The notes under the pieces are model-generated. The model had not been told where the DNA came from and searched no databases. It worked only from the letters and a program-made list of their open reading frames with translations. This document shows positions 23,395 to 35,887 of a stretch of DNA of 64,000 nucleotides, in pieces; position 1 is the stretch's first letter, and each line of letters opens with the position of its first letter. Origin of the DNA: Lepidodermella squamata (lineage: Eukaryota; Animalia; Gastrotricha); the NCBI GenBank assembly GCA_047495785.1, contig JBLDXI010000007.1, positions 2,294,001-2,358,000 on the forward strand, given 5' to 3'. Position numbers and translations under genes: made by a program.

Positions 23395-24485
23395 TAAATT
23401 ATATTTTACTGATACTATCTCACGGTGATCTTTCATTTTCCCGATTTGATTTGTGCTGACCCTTCTCAATAAAAACATCGCTGAATCTATGTTATGTTCT
23501 CATGTTATACAGAGTGTAAAAGAAATCGAGTTCAAAGTTATTTACCTGATTTTTCATCACTTCGAGAAGCTTATCCATGAGGCTACATCTGGCATTGAAA
23601 TGACATCTGAAATCTGTCATTTCGAACGGTTTTTCATGTGTGCGAAAATCATAAATGATACGTGAAAATCGTTGTTTTCAGCTGTCTTTAAAATTGGGGT
23701 TGTAGCCCTGTTGCCAACTGTTGATCGCGCGGCAATGAGCAATGTCTAACAGGCGAGAATCCCCTTTCCTCTTCTGCCCAACCTCATATAATTTATGGAA
23801 AAAATCCTTGAATTGATGAAAAAACAGCTTTGACCTCAATTTCTTGGACACACTGTAATATCATGGGCTGTGTTTCATTCATATGCGGCTGGAAAAGCCT
23901 CCGGTCTTTTTTGTTGATTAGGTATTTTTTGCATTGTTCCTTGTCCCAAAATCTTTCAAATCTTTCAGATCACATGACTGCAAAGTCGCCCTATAATGAA
24001 CATGTGTTTTTGTCATTCATGATGTTACGGCATTGCTGGAATTCCTACTCGTGATTGATTATTAGGTGCCGTTTGAGTGACTGGTGCTGAAAATGATTAG
24101 CAGGCAGTGAATAGCTCGGTTTGCTGGCATACTCGATCGAACTACACGAGACTCACGAGTTGCCTTGGTCACTGCTCCTATGCGCACCTACCTTCATTCG
24201 ATGAACAAAGATTACCAATAAAAGTACACAGTATTATTTAGGAATGAAGAAAACGCTTTCGTGATGTGTAGAAATGTTATTAACAGCAGTTTAGATCGAT
24301 CGAGATGATAGGCAGCTTATTTATTGACCTGATCGTTAGAATTTACATTCACATTTTACCGCCGCAGAAGGCTTCATCAATGAATTAATGACTTGCTGAT
24401 CGTATAACTGCTACCTCAAAATGAAACGACAGTCTTTTCTCTTTTACCTTCGCTCTTTTTTAGTTAGGATTGAAATACGCTAAAA

Positions 24486-27369
24486 ATGCTTCAACACATT
24501 ATCCTTCTATTAATCACCATGCATGAAGTACGGGGACAAGATTACGGCACTCAGTTCGCCCTTAACCAGTTGAATTTTTCTAATATCATTGGGTATTGGC
24601 CACTGAATTCACTGTTCGGACTAAAAGACATTTCGGCAAATCTAATCCATGCGACTTCTGCGCCATCTTCTTCGCCGGTGGCCGTTGGTCCCTTTGGGCA
24701 GCCTGGCACCGCGATCGAAACTCACGCTAACAGCACCGGAAATTACCTATACATAACTTCGGACCTTCTGAATGTTGGCGCATCATCAGTAACCATAGCC
24801 GGCTTCGTGCTTACCTCAATAAGAGGTCCGATCTACGAATTCGAGGACGCCACGATCAATTACGCTCATCTTTGGAGGCTTGTGTCCGACACCAGTATTA
24901 TGCAGCCAAATTCTATTTACGTCTCACCCGGACCAGGGTCCGAAATAATTCAGAACTGCGACATGTCTGGTTGGCGCTTTGTTGCGCAAGTTTTCGACTC
25001 TACCACTACGAAAATGACAGCAGTTTGCGACGATCAAATAAGTTCACCCCTTACGACCTCGTTGATTAGTACTTATAGGACCCTTTACCTTGGAACGAGG
25101 TTAGTAATACGTATCACCTCATAACCATAAATTCTCTGCCTTTACAGGAAACTCCCAGGTGACGCGTTGTCTGGGCCGTACAACAACAAATACGCGTGCT
25201 TATCAATTCATAAAACAGCGCTCAACGCAGCGCAGTTGGCTCTTCTTCGCAATCAATGCCAACTTATTAATCGTGAGACTCTTTTTTTTAGTACTGCAAT
25301 ATTATGTTGAACCCGTTATGATTTATGATACCACTGCAGAAATCACCTGTTCGACCAAATGTCAGTCTGGAACATGCGTTGGGGATCTTTTAATTCCAGG
25401 AGGTTATCGATGCATTTGTCAATCCGGTTGGACAAACTGGGATTGCAGCATTCGTATGTCCCATTCAAAACGAATATTACGTTCGAATTGTATTATTTAA
25501 CCGTTCCGATCAGCCGTTTGTGATCCTACCTGCGGTGTTGGCGGCCGATGTACTGCTCCTAATACCTGTTCTTGTTATAATGGCTGGACTGGTTCTCTCT
25601 GCACAACTCGTGAGAATTAACTAATTTATACCCTTGATAGATAGTTAGACCAGGCAAATAAAGTTTCCTTTCGGGGAAGAAAATTCTTCTTCCCCAGTAT
25701 AGCCCAATCATTCAATACCAGTCTATCTTCGGGCATAATATGTGCTATCAATTATAATTTTAAAGCCCCGCTGGTGTTTTCAGAATTGACGTCCGGCCGA
25801 GATAATGTCCAACAATTTATCACGAACCAGGCAAGTTTGCCTAGCCTTCTCGGATATTGGCCATTGAATGATCTGTTTCGGAATCGAGATATATCTGGCA
25901 ATGGAATTGATGCCACATTTGAGCCAACCCCTTGCCCCGCGGCCATTGGACCCTACGAGCAACTGAACACTTCGCTACAGACTGGAACCGCTGGAAATTG
26001 GATAAATATCCCATCAGGCGTCCTAACGACTTCTTTCACAATTACTGTTTTTGCAAACTTGCCACGGCGAGGCCCAGTTTTCGAGTACGGCGATGGGACC
26101 AGTGGATTTGCATCATTGTGGCGTTTCAGCACAACTAATGGAAACGACCTACAACCAACCGACTTGGTCGGCTACTCTTCTTACAATGGCCCTTGGAAAT
26201 ATTTGCAAGCTAATATGACGGGTTGGCGATTCTACGCTATGATTTGGAACGCAAACAGCTCTCAAATGACAATTCTCTGCGACGATCAATTCAGTGTTCC
26301 CCTGAAGATATCGGCTATATATACGGCATCCACTCTTTACCTGGGAGCAAGGCGAGTTAATAAGCTTTTTTAATGTAAACCATACCAAGAATAGAGTCAC
26401 AGATTTGAGATTTGAGATATTCGACTAATTTGGTCCATTTTCAGGCGAATACCTTCAACTAGTTTCAATGGGGCGTTTAACAATACATACGCCTGCATGT
26501 CGATTTACAAAACGGTTCTGACATCGAACGAGCTTTCAAAGCTCAAGGAACAATGCAGGCTGATAAACCGTAAATTTCACTCTGGTGAATATTTTATACA
26601 TCAAAACTGTCTTCGCCAGAAATAACTTGTCCCACTAACTGTCTGGTTGAATCTTGCGTTGGAGATCTGAATAGTTTAGGAGGGTTTCGCTGCACGTGTC
26701 AGACTGGCTGGGGAGGCTGGGATTGTACTACCCGTATTATATTGTCGATTATTAATCTCTAAGACCTTTTCGCATCTTTTTGTCCTTTACAGCTGTATGC
26801 AACCCAGGATGCGGCACTGGAGGCAGATGCTTGGCGCCGAACTCTTGCACTTGTACTCCAGGCTGGGCTGGGGTGTTGTGTGATACCCGTAAGCGATACT
26901 TGAATAATCCATACAGTTGCAAAGCCTTCTATTTCCCAGCTGTCTGCCCATCCGGATGTCCGAATGGAGGAACGTGCATCAGACCTAACCGCTGTTCCTG
27001 CACATCATCTTGGATGGCCCCAGATTGTACTACTCGTAAATTTTTCCTCGCAGCTCTAAAATTTAATTTGAATTTTCTTACATCTATCTATGATACTGAA
27101 CTTCAATCTCATCAATAGCCATCTGTCCGGCAAGTTGTTTCCTTCGGGGTACTTGTGCCGCCCCCAATCAATGCGTCTGCAATGCTGGCTGGACGGGCTC
27201 TGATTGCTCAACTAGTAATTTTTAATTTATCTATCAATTAGTAATTCTTTTTTTGCTGTTTCTTTTGTCCTAGGAACTCAGGGTAAGTTCGAATTCAAAT
27301 TTTATTTTTCTTGCTTGCTTGATCGTGTTTTATTTATTAGCTTGCATCGCTCCAGGTTGCGCCCTTTGA
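24486..27369 (+). CDS. Secreted LamG/pentraxin-like + EGF protein, paralogue 1 (SP-LamG-EGF2-LamG-EGF4-short Cys tail)
   Basis: Signal peptide; two domains with GYWPLN...GPF/YG...RGPV/I.E..., GWRF and NN.YAC.SI.K; EGF exons (C...C..GG.C..PN.C.C..GW.G..C) separated by about 50-nt introns. Confidence 0.8.
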
Positions 27370-28395
27370 TTTTCACGCCCAGCGCCAACGCTGAATCAGC
27401 TGATCACTAAGCCCCTCTATTCCTTTCTTACAAAAATTGTTGTGTTAAACGTCAATAGTTCTACAATTTTCTAAACGAATTAGTAATGCAGTATTCCGTT
27501 GAATAAATCAATGCGGGATTCGAAGTGCGGGAATATAAATGAGCTTGCCGTGATATCATTGTGAACAGAACGGAAGTTGAAGCGATCCAGAAACGATCGT
27601 GTAATCCGTTACAAGCTCGAACAACAGAGCGTCCATCTACACTTACTTATGCTGTCTGATTTTAGTCGGGTTCTTGACGAAATTCGACTTGGGCTAACTT
27701 CCCAAACGTCCTATATATCTTTCCGAAATTTGTAAGTTAAGCAATCGGCAGGGGCTGCCTAAAAAGTACAAATTTGATTGAACTACCAGCTTGGAACAAC
27801 TTTGGGTACCATCAACCATCAAATATGAAATAATTCCATCTAACTGGTTTTTATCAACGTTGAATGCGTCTCTGATTCAAACGGGTGAGGCGACGCCAGA
27901 ATCTCATCCGGACTCTGGATTCAGGAGAGTGTAAAGTGAACAGGAAGGTTTAAATATAAGTATCTTCCACAATAGCGCTTCCGATGAAGAGGCAAACCAC
28001 GCTGTATCATCATTATTAAATCATTAAATCATTAAATCATTAAATCATTGTTAAATCCATCATGCTATCCCAGGCCCTAATCGCTATAAAGCGCTCGAAA
28101 TTATTCTACAATCTCACCAAGGACTGAGGCGAACAATCATTTCTGAAATCGATAACAACTTTAAATCGTTCACCCTGGACGAATAATAAATAATAAGCAA
28201 GACCACGTGATCTGTAAGGACTAGACGCTGAAATGCAGGAAATATCAGACTCATCTGGCTTGCAGTCAATCGAATGAAGTCACAATAATTCACGTCTTTC
28301 CGCATAGGATTTTGTAGAGAAAAGTGTTGGAACTGTAACTATTGTTGTACTGGCTAATGTTGACAGGAACTATTATAGGGCGTTAGTAAAGAATA

Positions 28396-29042
28396 CAGTA
28401 AAACCTGTTATCTCGAAGGCTCACGGTGCCATTCGACCCATTCGACTTCCAGAGAGATTCGAGATAGAGGGAGACTGACATATATCGCATGAAATCACCC
28501 CTGGGCCTATTTTAAAGCTTAAAGCCTTCATTTCATCACCCCAATATTTTAGAGCACAAATAGCAACATTTTATTGAATATTAGCGCTAGATTTGAAATA
28601 TTCTGTAATTACCCAAGTCACAAGCCGCGTTGTCGGCCTTAAATGCGCTGGGATAGGCCGCGTGACCTGAAATAAAGTGTTGAAGTAGGATTACGCAACG
28701 CGGGGGTTGACGATTACGAGCAGATTTAGCGTTTCGCCGAGAGCGCTGCAGGTAGGTAAACAACACGCTGAGACCCTCTTTAGCCACTTCACGCCTTGCC
28801 TTGCGCGCGCGGTATCGCTCAAAATTGAGAAAGAGCTTCGAACCTTCGACTTCAAAGAGTCACAATAATGCACCATATGGCTACCGTTCCTTTCCCGCCC
28901 TTCGACTTTCGAGATAGACAGAGTTCGACTTCACAGAGTGAATAATATGGGCTACATGCTGAAAAACCCACGGTTCCTCGGCAAGACTTCGACATACACA
29001 GGTTTTCGAGATACACAGAGTTCGAGATAACAGGTTTTACTG
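28396..29042. mobile_element. pogo/Tigger-type MITE
   Basis: TA-CAGTAAAACCTGTTATCTCGAA ... TTCGAGATAACAGGTTTTACTG-TA: perfect 22-bp TIR, TA duplication and repeated subterminal TTCGAG/TTCGAC motifs. Confidence 0.92.
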
Positions 29043-29269
29043 TAGCAGGGAAACGTCAACAATGTCTATTTAGAACAAAGTAATTCTGATCGGCACTGAA
29101 TTTGCTGCAAGGAAGGCTTGAGACTAGTTACTGTCTTACTTCTTATTCATCTGCAATGAACTTGCACCAGACCTAACCGCAGTTCCTGCACTGCATCTTT
29201 TCGGTGCGGTGACCGACTGATGACTTGGTATATTAATGATCTAGGCAAATCACGTAAGAATCATCACTT

Positions 29270-29560
29270 ATTAATTTGCAGCGTCATTTTGTTGCCGACG
29301 GCGGCTCATTAATTTATAGATGAGCTAGTTCCGTGAAAACCATTCTTTGCACCTTCGCTTTTGAAGAATATCCACCAAAAACCATCCAACTATCAACATT
29401 AACTGCAGCGGCAATTACGCTCGTCTGTTGGTGCGATATTTGCAATATTGGAGGAGACGAACTTCGAGAAATTATTCACCTATAAATTAATTAGCCACCC
29501 AAAACTGTTCGATAAGATGACAATGACTAAATGATTTAGATGAGCAGGCATTTTTTATAT
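29270..29560 (+). promoter_or_regulatory. Conserved upstream block of the LamG-EGF paralogues
   Basis: AATTTGCAGCGTCATTTTGTTG...GCGGCTCATTAATTTATAGATGAGCTAGTTCCGTGAAAACCATTC...TTCACCTATAAATTAA recurs at about 35558-35815 and in part at about 42565-42860, each time upstream of a paralogue. It may reflect duplication rather than selection. Confidence 0.45.
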
Positions 29561-29611
29561 TGTCAAACAACCTCATTTGATTTTACTTGCTGAAGAATAA
29601 CTTCGAAGAAT

Positions 29612-32600
29612 ATGGAAAACCTATTTCTATTCCTCATCACCGTGCTTGTAGCGCATGAGTTGAATGGGCAGGACTATGGTTCCCAGTATGCGGTGAATCA
29701 GTTGAATTTGACAAACATCCTAGGCTATTGGCCGCTTAATTCGCTATTCGGTCTGCGAGATATTTCAAGCAACCGAATTGATGCTGTCTCACAGCCGACC
29801 TCCTCTCCGGTTACACAGGGCCCCTTTGGACAACCAGGTTCAGCTATCGAAACGCATGCTAACAACGCCGGAAACTTCCTAAACATAACCTCCGACGCTC
29901 TAATTATTGGCTGGTCATCAGTTACCTTAGCCGTCTATGTCTACACCTCGAAAAGAGGCCCGATCTTCGAATTCCAAAACGCGACGAATAATTACGCTCT
30001 TCTTTGGAGGCTTGTAGCCGACACTACAATCATGCAGCCAAATGCGATCTACGCCGGCCCAGGACAAGGTGCACAAATAATTCAGAACTGCGACATGTCC
30101 GGCTGGCGCTTTGTGGCCCAAGTTTTCGACGCTAGCACTTCGAAGATGACAACAGCATGCGACGACCAAATCAGTTCGCCTCTTACCGTTTCGTCTTTCG
30201 ATACCTATAAATACCTTTACCTGGGAGCAAGGTCGGTTCATCCGGTTATTAGACGAGTTTCATAATACCCCATACTTTCCATAATCAGGAATCTTCCGAG
30301 TCCCAATAACGCGTTGTCTGGGCCGTACAACAACAAATACGCTTGCTTTTCAATTCATAAAACAGCATTCAATGCAGCGCAACTGGCTCTCCTTCGCAGT
30401 CAGTGTCAAATGATAAATCGTAAATAAATAAATAAATCCCTTTGATGATCAACAGTTTATAATTGCAGAGATTACGTGTTCGTCGAATTGCCAACCTGGA
30501 ACGTGCATTGGCGATATTACCACCACGGGAGGTTACCGTTGCTCTTGCCAATCCGGCTGGACAAATTTGGACTGCAACATTCGTATGTTCCCATTCTACT
30601 TCAATATTGAAGGGTCAGAGTCCATCGTACACTATTCACTAGCCATGTGTGACCCTGATTGCGGCGTTGGCGGTCGATGCACAGGCCCTAACACCTGCAC
30701 TTGTTTTAACAGCTGGACTGGTGCTTCATGCAATTCACGTGAGATTTATTGCCTCTTGCCAGCGAACAGTTAATGAAGTGTCTAGTTGGGTAGAAGTTCG
30801 GAGCATCTCTTGAACATATGTGTCATTTTCAAATACCTAGCTCATTCGATTTCAATTAAATCTTGCAGAGTTCAAGTGAGAAATCTTTGACGATTGCGAG
30901 ACCTAAAGGCTAAACCTGTCTTTTTTGAACGCCGGATATATTTCAAAAGTCAAAACATTACCTGCTTTGCATTGCCGTATAACGTTTCAGGGCAACCCAA
31001 TGGGCGAGACCATTTGTATCAATTTATCAGCAACCAAGCAAGCTTACCCAGCCTCCTCGGATATTGGCCGTTAAACAGTCTGTTTCGGAATCGAGACATA
31101 TCTGGCAATGACATGGACGCAACCTATCAACCAACTTCTTGCCCAAATGCAGTCGGACCATTTGGACAGCCGGACACCGCAGTTGAGACTGGCACTGCTA
31201 GCAATTGGATAAACATAACAGCGGACGCTCTTAACGTTACGACATCTTCGCTCACAATTTCCGTGTTCGCAAATCTGCCGATGCGAGGCCCTGTATTTGA
31301 ATTCGGCGACGGAACAACTGGATTCGCGGCTATTTGGCGTTACAGTGCAACTAATGGAAACGACTTACAAACAAATGACTTGTTCGGATACCCTTCTCCT
31401 TCTGGTCCACCAGCTTATTTTCCGACTAACCTAACTGGGTGGCATTTCTATGCCATGATTTGGAACGCTAGTAGTTCGCAGTTCTATATTGCTTGTGATG
31501 ATCAATTCAGCCCACCTGTTGCTCCAACAGCTGTGATCACTCATCGCACGCTATTTCTAGGGGCCAGGCAAGTTTTTAAGTAGAATCCATGTCAATCTTT
31601 AATTCGAGTTAACAGCTCGAAACAACTTGAACTTGCTTTGTCAATTCTCTTAAATTGTATACCTATCATGTATTTTATTCGACAAATTTATGAATCTCAG
31701 ACGTATCCCCAATGGTGGTTCATTGAATACAGCGTACAACAACAAGTACGCTTGTTTTTCAATTCACAAAGCCGCCCTGTCCTCGAGGCAGCTTTCAAAG
31801 CTAAAGGATCAGTGCAAGCTGATAAACCGTAATACCGTCTGACCCATCTGTATGCCTTCACATTACTTTCTCACCAGATATAACCTGTGCTGCCAACTGC
31901 CAATCTGAAACTTGCGTTGGAGATATGAATAGTTCGGGAGGTTCTCGCTGCACGTGTCAGCCTGGTTGGGGCGGCTTGGATTGCACCATCCGTAAACCAT
32001 TTTCGATTTTCAATCTCTAACACCTTTTCGCAGCTTTTCGTCCTTTACAGCTGTATGCAACCCAGGATGCGGCATTGGAGGAAGATGCTTGGCGCCGACT
32101 GCACCGAACTGCACCTGTTCTCCAGGCTGGACAGGGGTGTTGTGCGATACTCGTAACAATAACATTCGTCTATAAGTCACATTTAAAGCTTTCAAATCTA
32201 TAGCTGCCTGTCCATCTGGTTGCCCAAATGGTGGAACATGCATCAGACCTAACCGCTGTTCCTGCACAGCATCTTGGATGGCTCCGGATTGTACTGCGCG
32301 TACGTTTTCTTCTCAGTTACCTCTGATCACTGTGTAATCAGAGGTAACCATCTATCTTCATAATAGCTACCTGCCCCGCGGGTTGTTATCTTCGAGGTAC
32401 ATGTGTTGCGCCAAATCAATGCGTCTGCATTGCTGGCTGGACGGGAGCTGATTGCTCTACAAGTAAATTATCTGTTTTAATTGTTTCCGAATTTCTTTTC
32501 ATATTCTTCTTGCATCAGGAACCTAAAGTAAGTTAGAAGCGATAAGTCTTTCACGCTTGCAGGATGCCACTTTACATTTTCAGCTTGCATGGCTCCTGAT

Positions 32601-32612
32601 TGCACTATCTGA
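29612..32612 (+). CDS. Secreted LamG-like + EGF protein, paralogue 2
   Basis: Same exon layout and motifs as 24486-27369; ends ...CMAPDCTI*. Confidence 0.8.
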
Positions 32613-33671
32613 TTTTCGGATCTCTTGACCCAGCCACCGATTTCACTCATTTTCTCGATTCTAATATTTGATTTCACGCGTTGATAATTCGATTTCTTAA
32701 ATACCGAGGGTTGTGCTTTTTCCTGTTTTTGCAATGGCCTGAAAAAATTCCCAAGCTTTATAGGAGGGCTCATTTTCTGGTTCATAAAATGTCTAACTGC
32801 TTAAGTTCTATGTTTTATCTCCAATCTGAAATCCTATATAAAGTGAAAGGGGCAGTTAATCGAAGGCTCTTTATTTTTATCGTTCATTCATCTTCGGATC
32901 GTCATTTAGCTGTTTTCTAATTTTAGAAGGGTGAACATATAAATAAGTACGTAAATCAAGTAAATCAAGTACGTAATAAATAAATAATGAACGTTAACGT
33001 AAAGAACCTTCGATCAACTGCCCCTAAACTATTGGTTTAATCGGTGTAATGTTATTGGCCTGCCCTTGTAATCCTAAGTAATTTCGAAATAAAATAATTA
33101 TTAGGTAACATTTAATCTGTCGTCATTGATTTACGTTTCACGTCGGCTGAGGTGATGGGAGACGAAAAAAATATTGGCGTTACGTGAATGGGGGAGGGGC
33201 GAAAGCAAATTACGTTTTCTTGGCATAATTCATCTTGAAACTTGAAATAGGTGCGATTTCAGGAACTTAAGGAGTTGCAAGAGCGCAAGGAGCGCACGGG
33301 CCAATTTTCTCTTATCGGCCTTATTTGGGCGTCCTCTTGGCGTATGCCTCTTTATTGGCTGAGCTCCAGGAAAACCCATAAGAAGTCGGCCGTTTGACAT
33401 CGACGAAACGCGGCTGGCCCATCGTGTTCAACGTAAACGAGCTGAAGTCCGAGTCGTCCATTCCACGCCGATGGAATGTAGAATGGCTACCATCTGAATG
33501 GCTGGCATAAAATGACCGTTCACCGTAATAAATGTTCAGTGCGTTATCGATTGCCTTACATTGAAGGACGACTCGAGCAGTGCACATCAAATTTCGGTGC
33601 ACAAATAGTAAAAAATTTGAAAAATCGCTGACATTGAACCTTGAAGCCGCAATTGAAATGAACAACGTTCA

Positions 33672-34200
33672 ATGCTTCCGTATTGCAGGATCAAAGTCCA
33701 CGTGGTCACGTGGTATGAATAGCTAGTTCTGAGGCGTTATTTTTTTCGTTGCTTCGTCGTTTCGTCGTTTCGTCACTTCGTCATCTTATACAAAAAAAAC
33801 TTACGAAAAGAAAAAAAGGGAGCAAAAGGAGGATTTGAACTCAGAACCTTAAGGATCAGAACCATGGATTTGAGCCACTATACAATAGGAGGCTTTCTAT
33901 CTGCAACCGGCAAAAAACGCTTAAGTGCAGCGTTCGTTTAGTATATAAAAATGCCGAACGAGGATGACTACCATGACCCAGCAGTATTGCTCAGTGGTTT
34001 CGCCTTGTGCGTCAAAACCCAGTGGTCCCGGGTTCGAATCCTCCTTTTACCCCATTTTTTTTTCTTTTCTTCAGTTTTTTGTATAAGATGACGAAGTGAC
34101 GATACGACGAAACGACGAAGCAACGAAAAAAATAACGCCTCAGAACTAGCTATTCATACCACGTGACCACGTGGACTTTGATCCTGCAATACGGAAGCAT
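33672..34200. mobile_element. Palindromic non-autonomous element with about 125-bp TIRs and two internal tRNA-like segments
   Basis: ATGCTTCCGTATTGCAGGATCAAAGTCCACGTGGTCACGTGG... is inverted at both ends. The interior has TTGCTCAGTGG...GGTTCGAATCC (+, about 33981-34050) and TATAGTGG...GAGTTCAAATCC (-, about 33820-33886). Confidence 0.85.
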
Positions 34201-34260
34201 AATGCCGAGCGCTTGCGCGTTAATGCAGATTATTTCTTTGACATTTTTCTGTTAATTTTG

Positions 34261-34400
34261 ATGCGACTTCTACCTATTTCGCATTCGACCGCTATTCTCG
34301 GAACTTGATTCGGGCATACATGTGAGTGAGTGAGTTTAGTGGGGAAATCAACCCCAAACTGTGATTTTCCATTTTGGGTAAATAAATACTAGGTGTCAGC
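34261..34400 (+). pseudogene. Truncated relic of the Cys-loop channel gene at 39797
   Basis: ATGCGACTTCTACCTATTTCGCATTCGACCGCTATTCTCGGAACTTGATTCGGGCA matches ATGCGAATTTTATCTATTCCGTTTTTGACCGCTATTCTCGGATCTTGCTTCGGGCA, with an indel and TGC to TGA. The upstream sequence is also homologous. Confidence 0.75.
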
Positions 34401-34986
34401 CAGCATTGGGAAAATACAGTGACAGTCAAAAGATCCGCACGGTGGAATTGAGGCGATGCTAGTTGAAATTCTTCGCACGTGCGAAATGAGGCTCTTTATT
34501 CCCAGCAATACGGACCAAAATGACGCCTTTTTCACGATCTCCAAAAATAGCTCCAAGGAAATGGGGATAGTTTCAATAGTATGAATATATTCATGAGATG
34601 TCATGAAACTAGAACATTCTTAGTTAAGAGCCAAAAATTGCAGAAAAATTTGAGCACTTAGAGTAAGGTTATAACAAATCAAAAATAATTGTTCCATAAT
34701 TTTTCTGATATAATTATCAACTTTGAGGGCTCCGGAATATTAATTAGCACCTTATGAATATTCATATTTTTAAAACTATTAAAAACCTCTTGGTGTGTCC
34801 GAGTTACACTTTTTGTTTTTAGCTGAGTTTAACCTAAGCTTGGAGCTAAAAATAGTTCGGGCGCGTGTGAGATATTTTTTGCTTCAACTCAGCAAATCCC
34901 TGACCGTGCGTAACTTTTGATTTTCACTGTACAAGAAAATACTCGAGCAGTACGATAATTAAATTACCAAGCCACAGAAATGGGAG

Positions 34987-35155
34987 CGTTAGCTTCGTGT
35001 TGAATAACTCGGATTTGCGCTTGTTTGCACCTGTTACAATGTGAAAAGTAAGACCAGAGTTTGCGTGGATGAATAGCGGAAAAAATGACTCTTTACTTGT
35101 CACCCGTCACATCTTAGCTGACGTAAACAAGCCCAAGTTATTCAACGACGCTAAT
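34987..35155. mobile_element. Diverged copy of the 19886-20072 MITE
   Basis: CGTTAGC...GTTGAATAACTCGGATTTGCGCTTGTTT at left and TAAACAAGCCCAAGTTATTCAACGACGCTAA at right. Confidence 0.8.
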
Positions 35156-35887
35156 GACTACGAAACAGTGATGGCGATTTATTCTGCTTCGACAGCTATG
35201 GTATGCAGAAAATAACAAGTAAGGGGTGGCAAACGAGACAGCCGGGCCTACGACGGAAGGCGGGTAGACGATAGGAACAAAAGACGGTGCAGACTGCAGA
35301 CGGTTGGAGGCATTGCAGGCAGTAAGACAGCTCCGGAAGAAGCTCGAGACGGGCACAATTGACGATTTCGGGTTGCACGATCATCGACTGCCATTTTCAC
35401 TCTGCAAGGCTCTTCTTCTCTAGGCTTCTGGCGGAACGAGTACATCGAACTGGGTAGTTAGTAGTTCAGTTTGAAACACTATTGGCTGGTGCATGGCCCT
35501 GGCTTTACTACAGATTACCCTGGTTCGAACACGTTTCGTGAGAATGATTGATAAATAAATTTGCAGCGTCATTTTGTTGCAGACCGCGGCTCATTAATTT
35601 ATAGATGAGCTAGTTCCGTGAAAACCATTCTTTGCGCCTTCGCTGTTGCAGCTGCAGTCACGCTCGCCTGTTGGTGCGATATTTGCAATATAGGTTTAGA
35701 CGAAAATGTATTTAGTTCGAGAATTGATTCACCTATAAATTAACTAGTCACACCACAATTGCTGCAGACGAGAATGTATATATTATTTAGATGAGGAGAC
35801 ATTTTTTATTTTGCCCAACAACACATACAGCTTACTTTTATTTCTCGGGCTGTAAAAATAGATAAAATTTCTATACTCGAGAAAGGT

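Noticed and set aside
28015-28050. (ATTAAATC)n as a telomeric or functional repeat
   Set aside because: Only about four copies; an ordinary microsatellite.
33321-33665. 114-aa minus-strand ORF
   Set aside because: No recognisable domain, and the duplicated region near 39506-39715 does not keep the same protein sequence.
33981-34050. Functional tRNA gene
   Set aside because: A/B boxes are present but no convincing acceptor stem, and it is embedded in a palindromic repeat.
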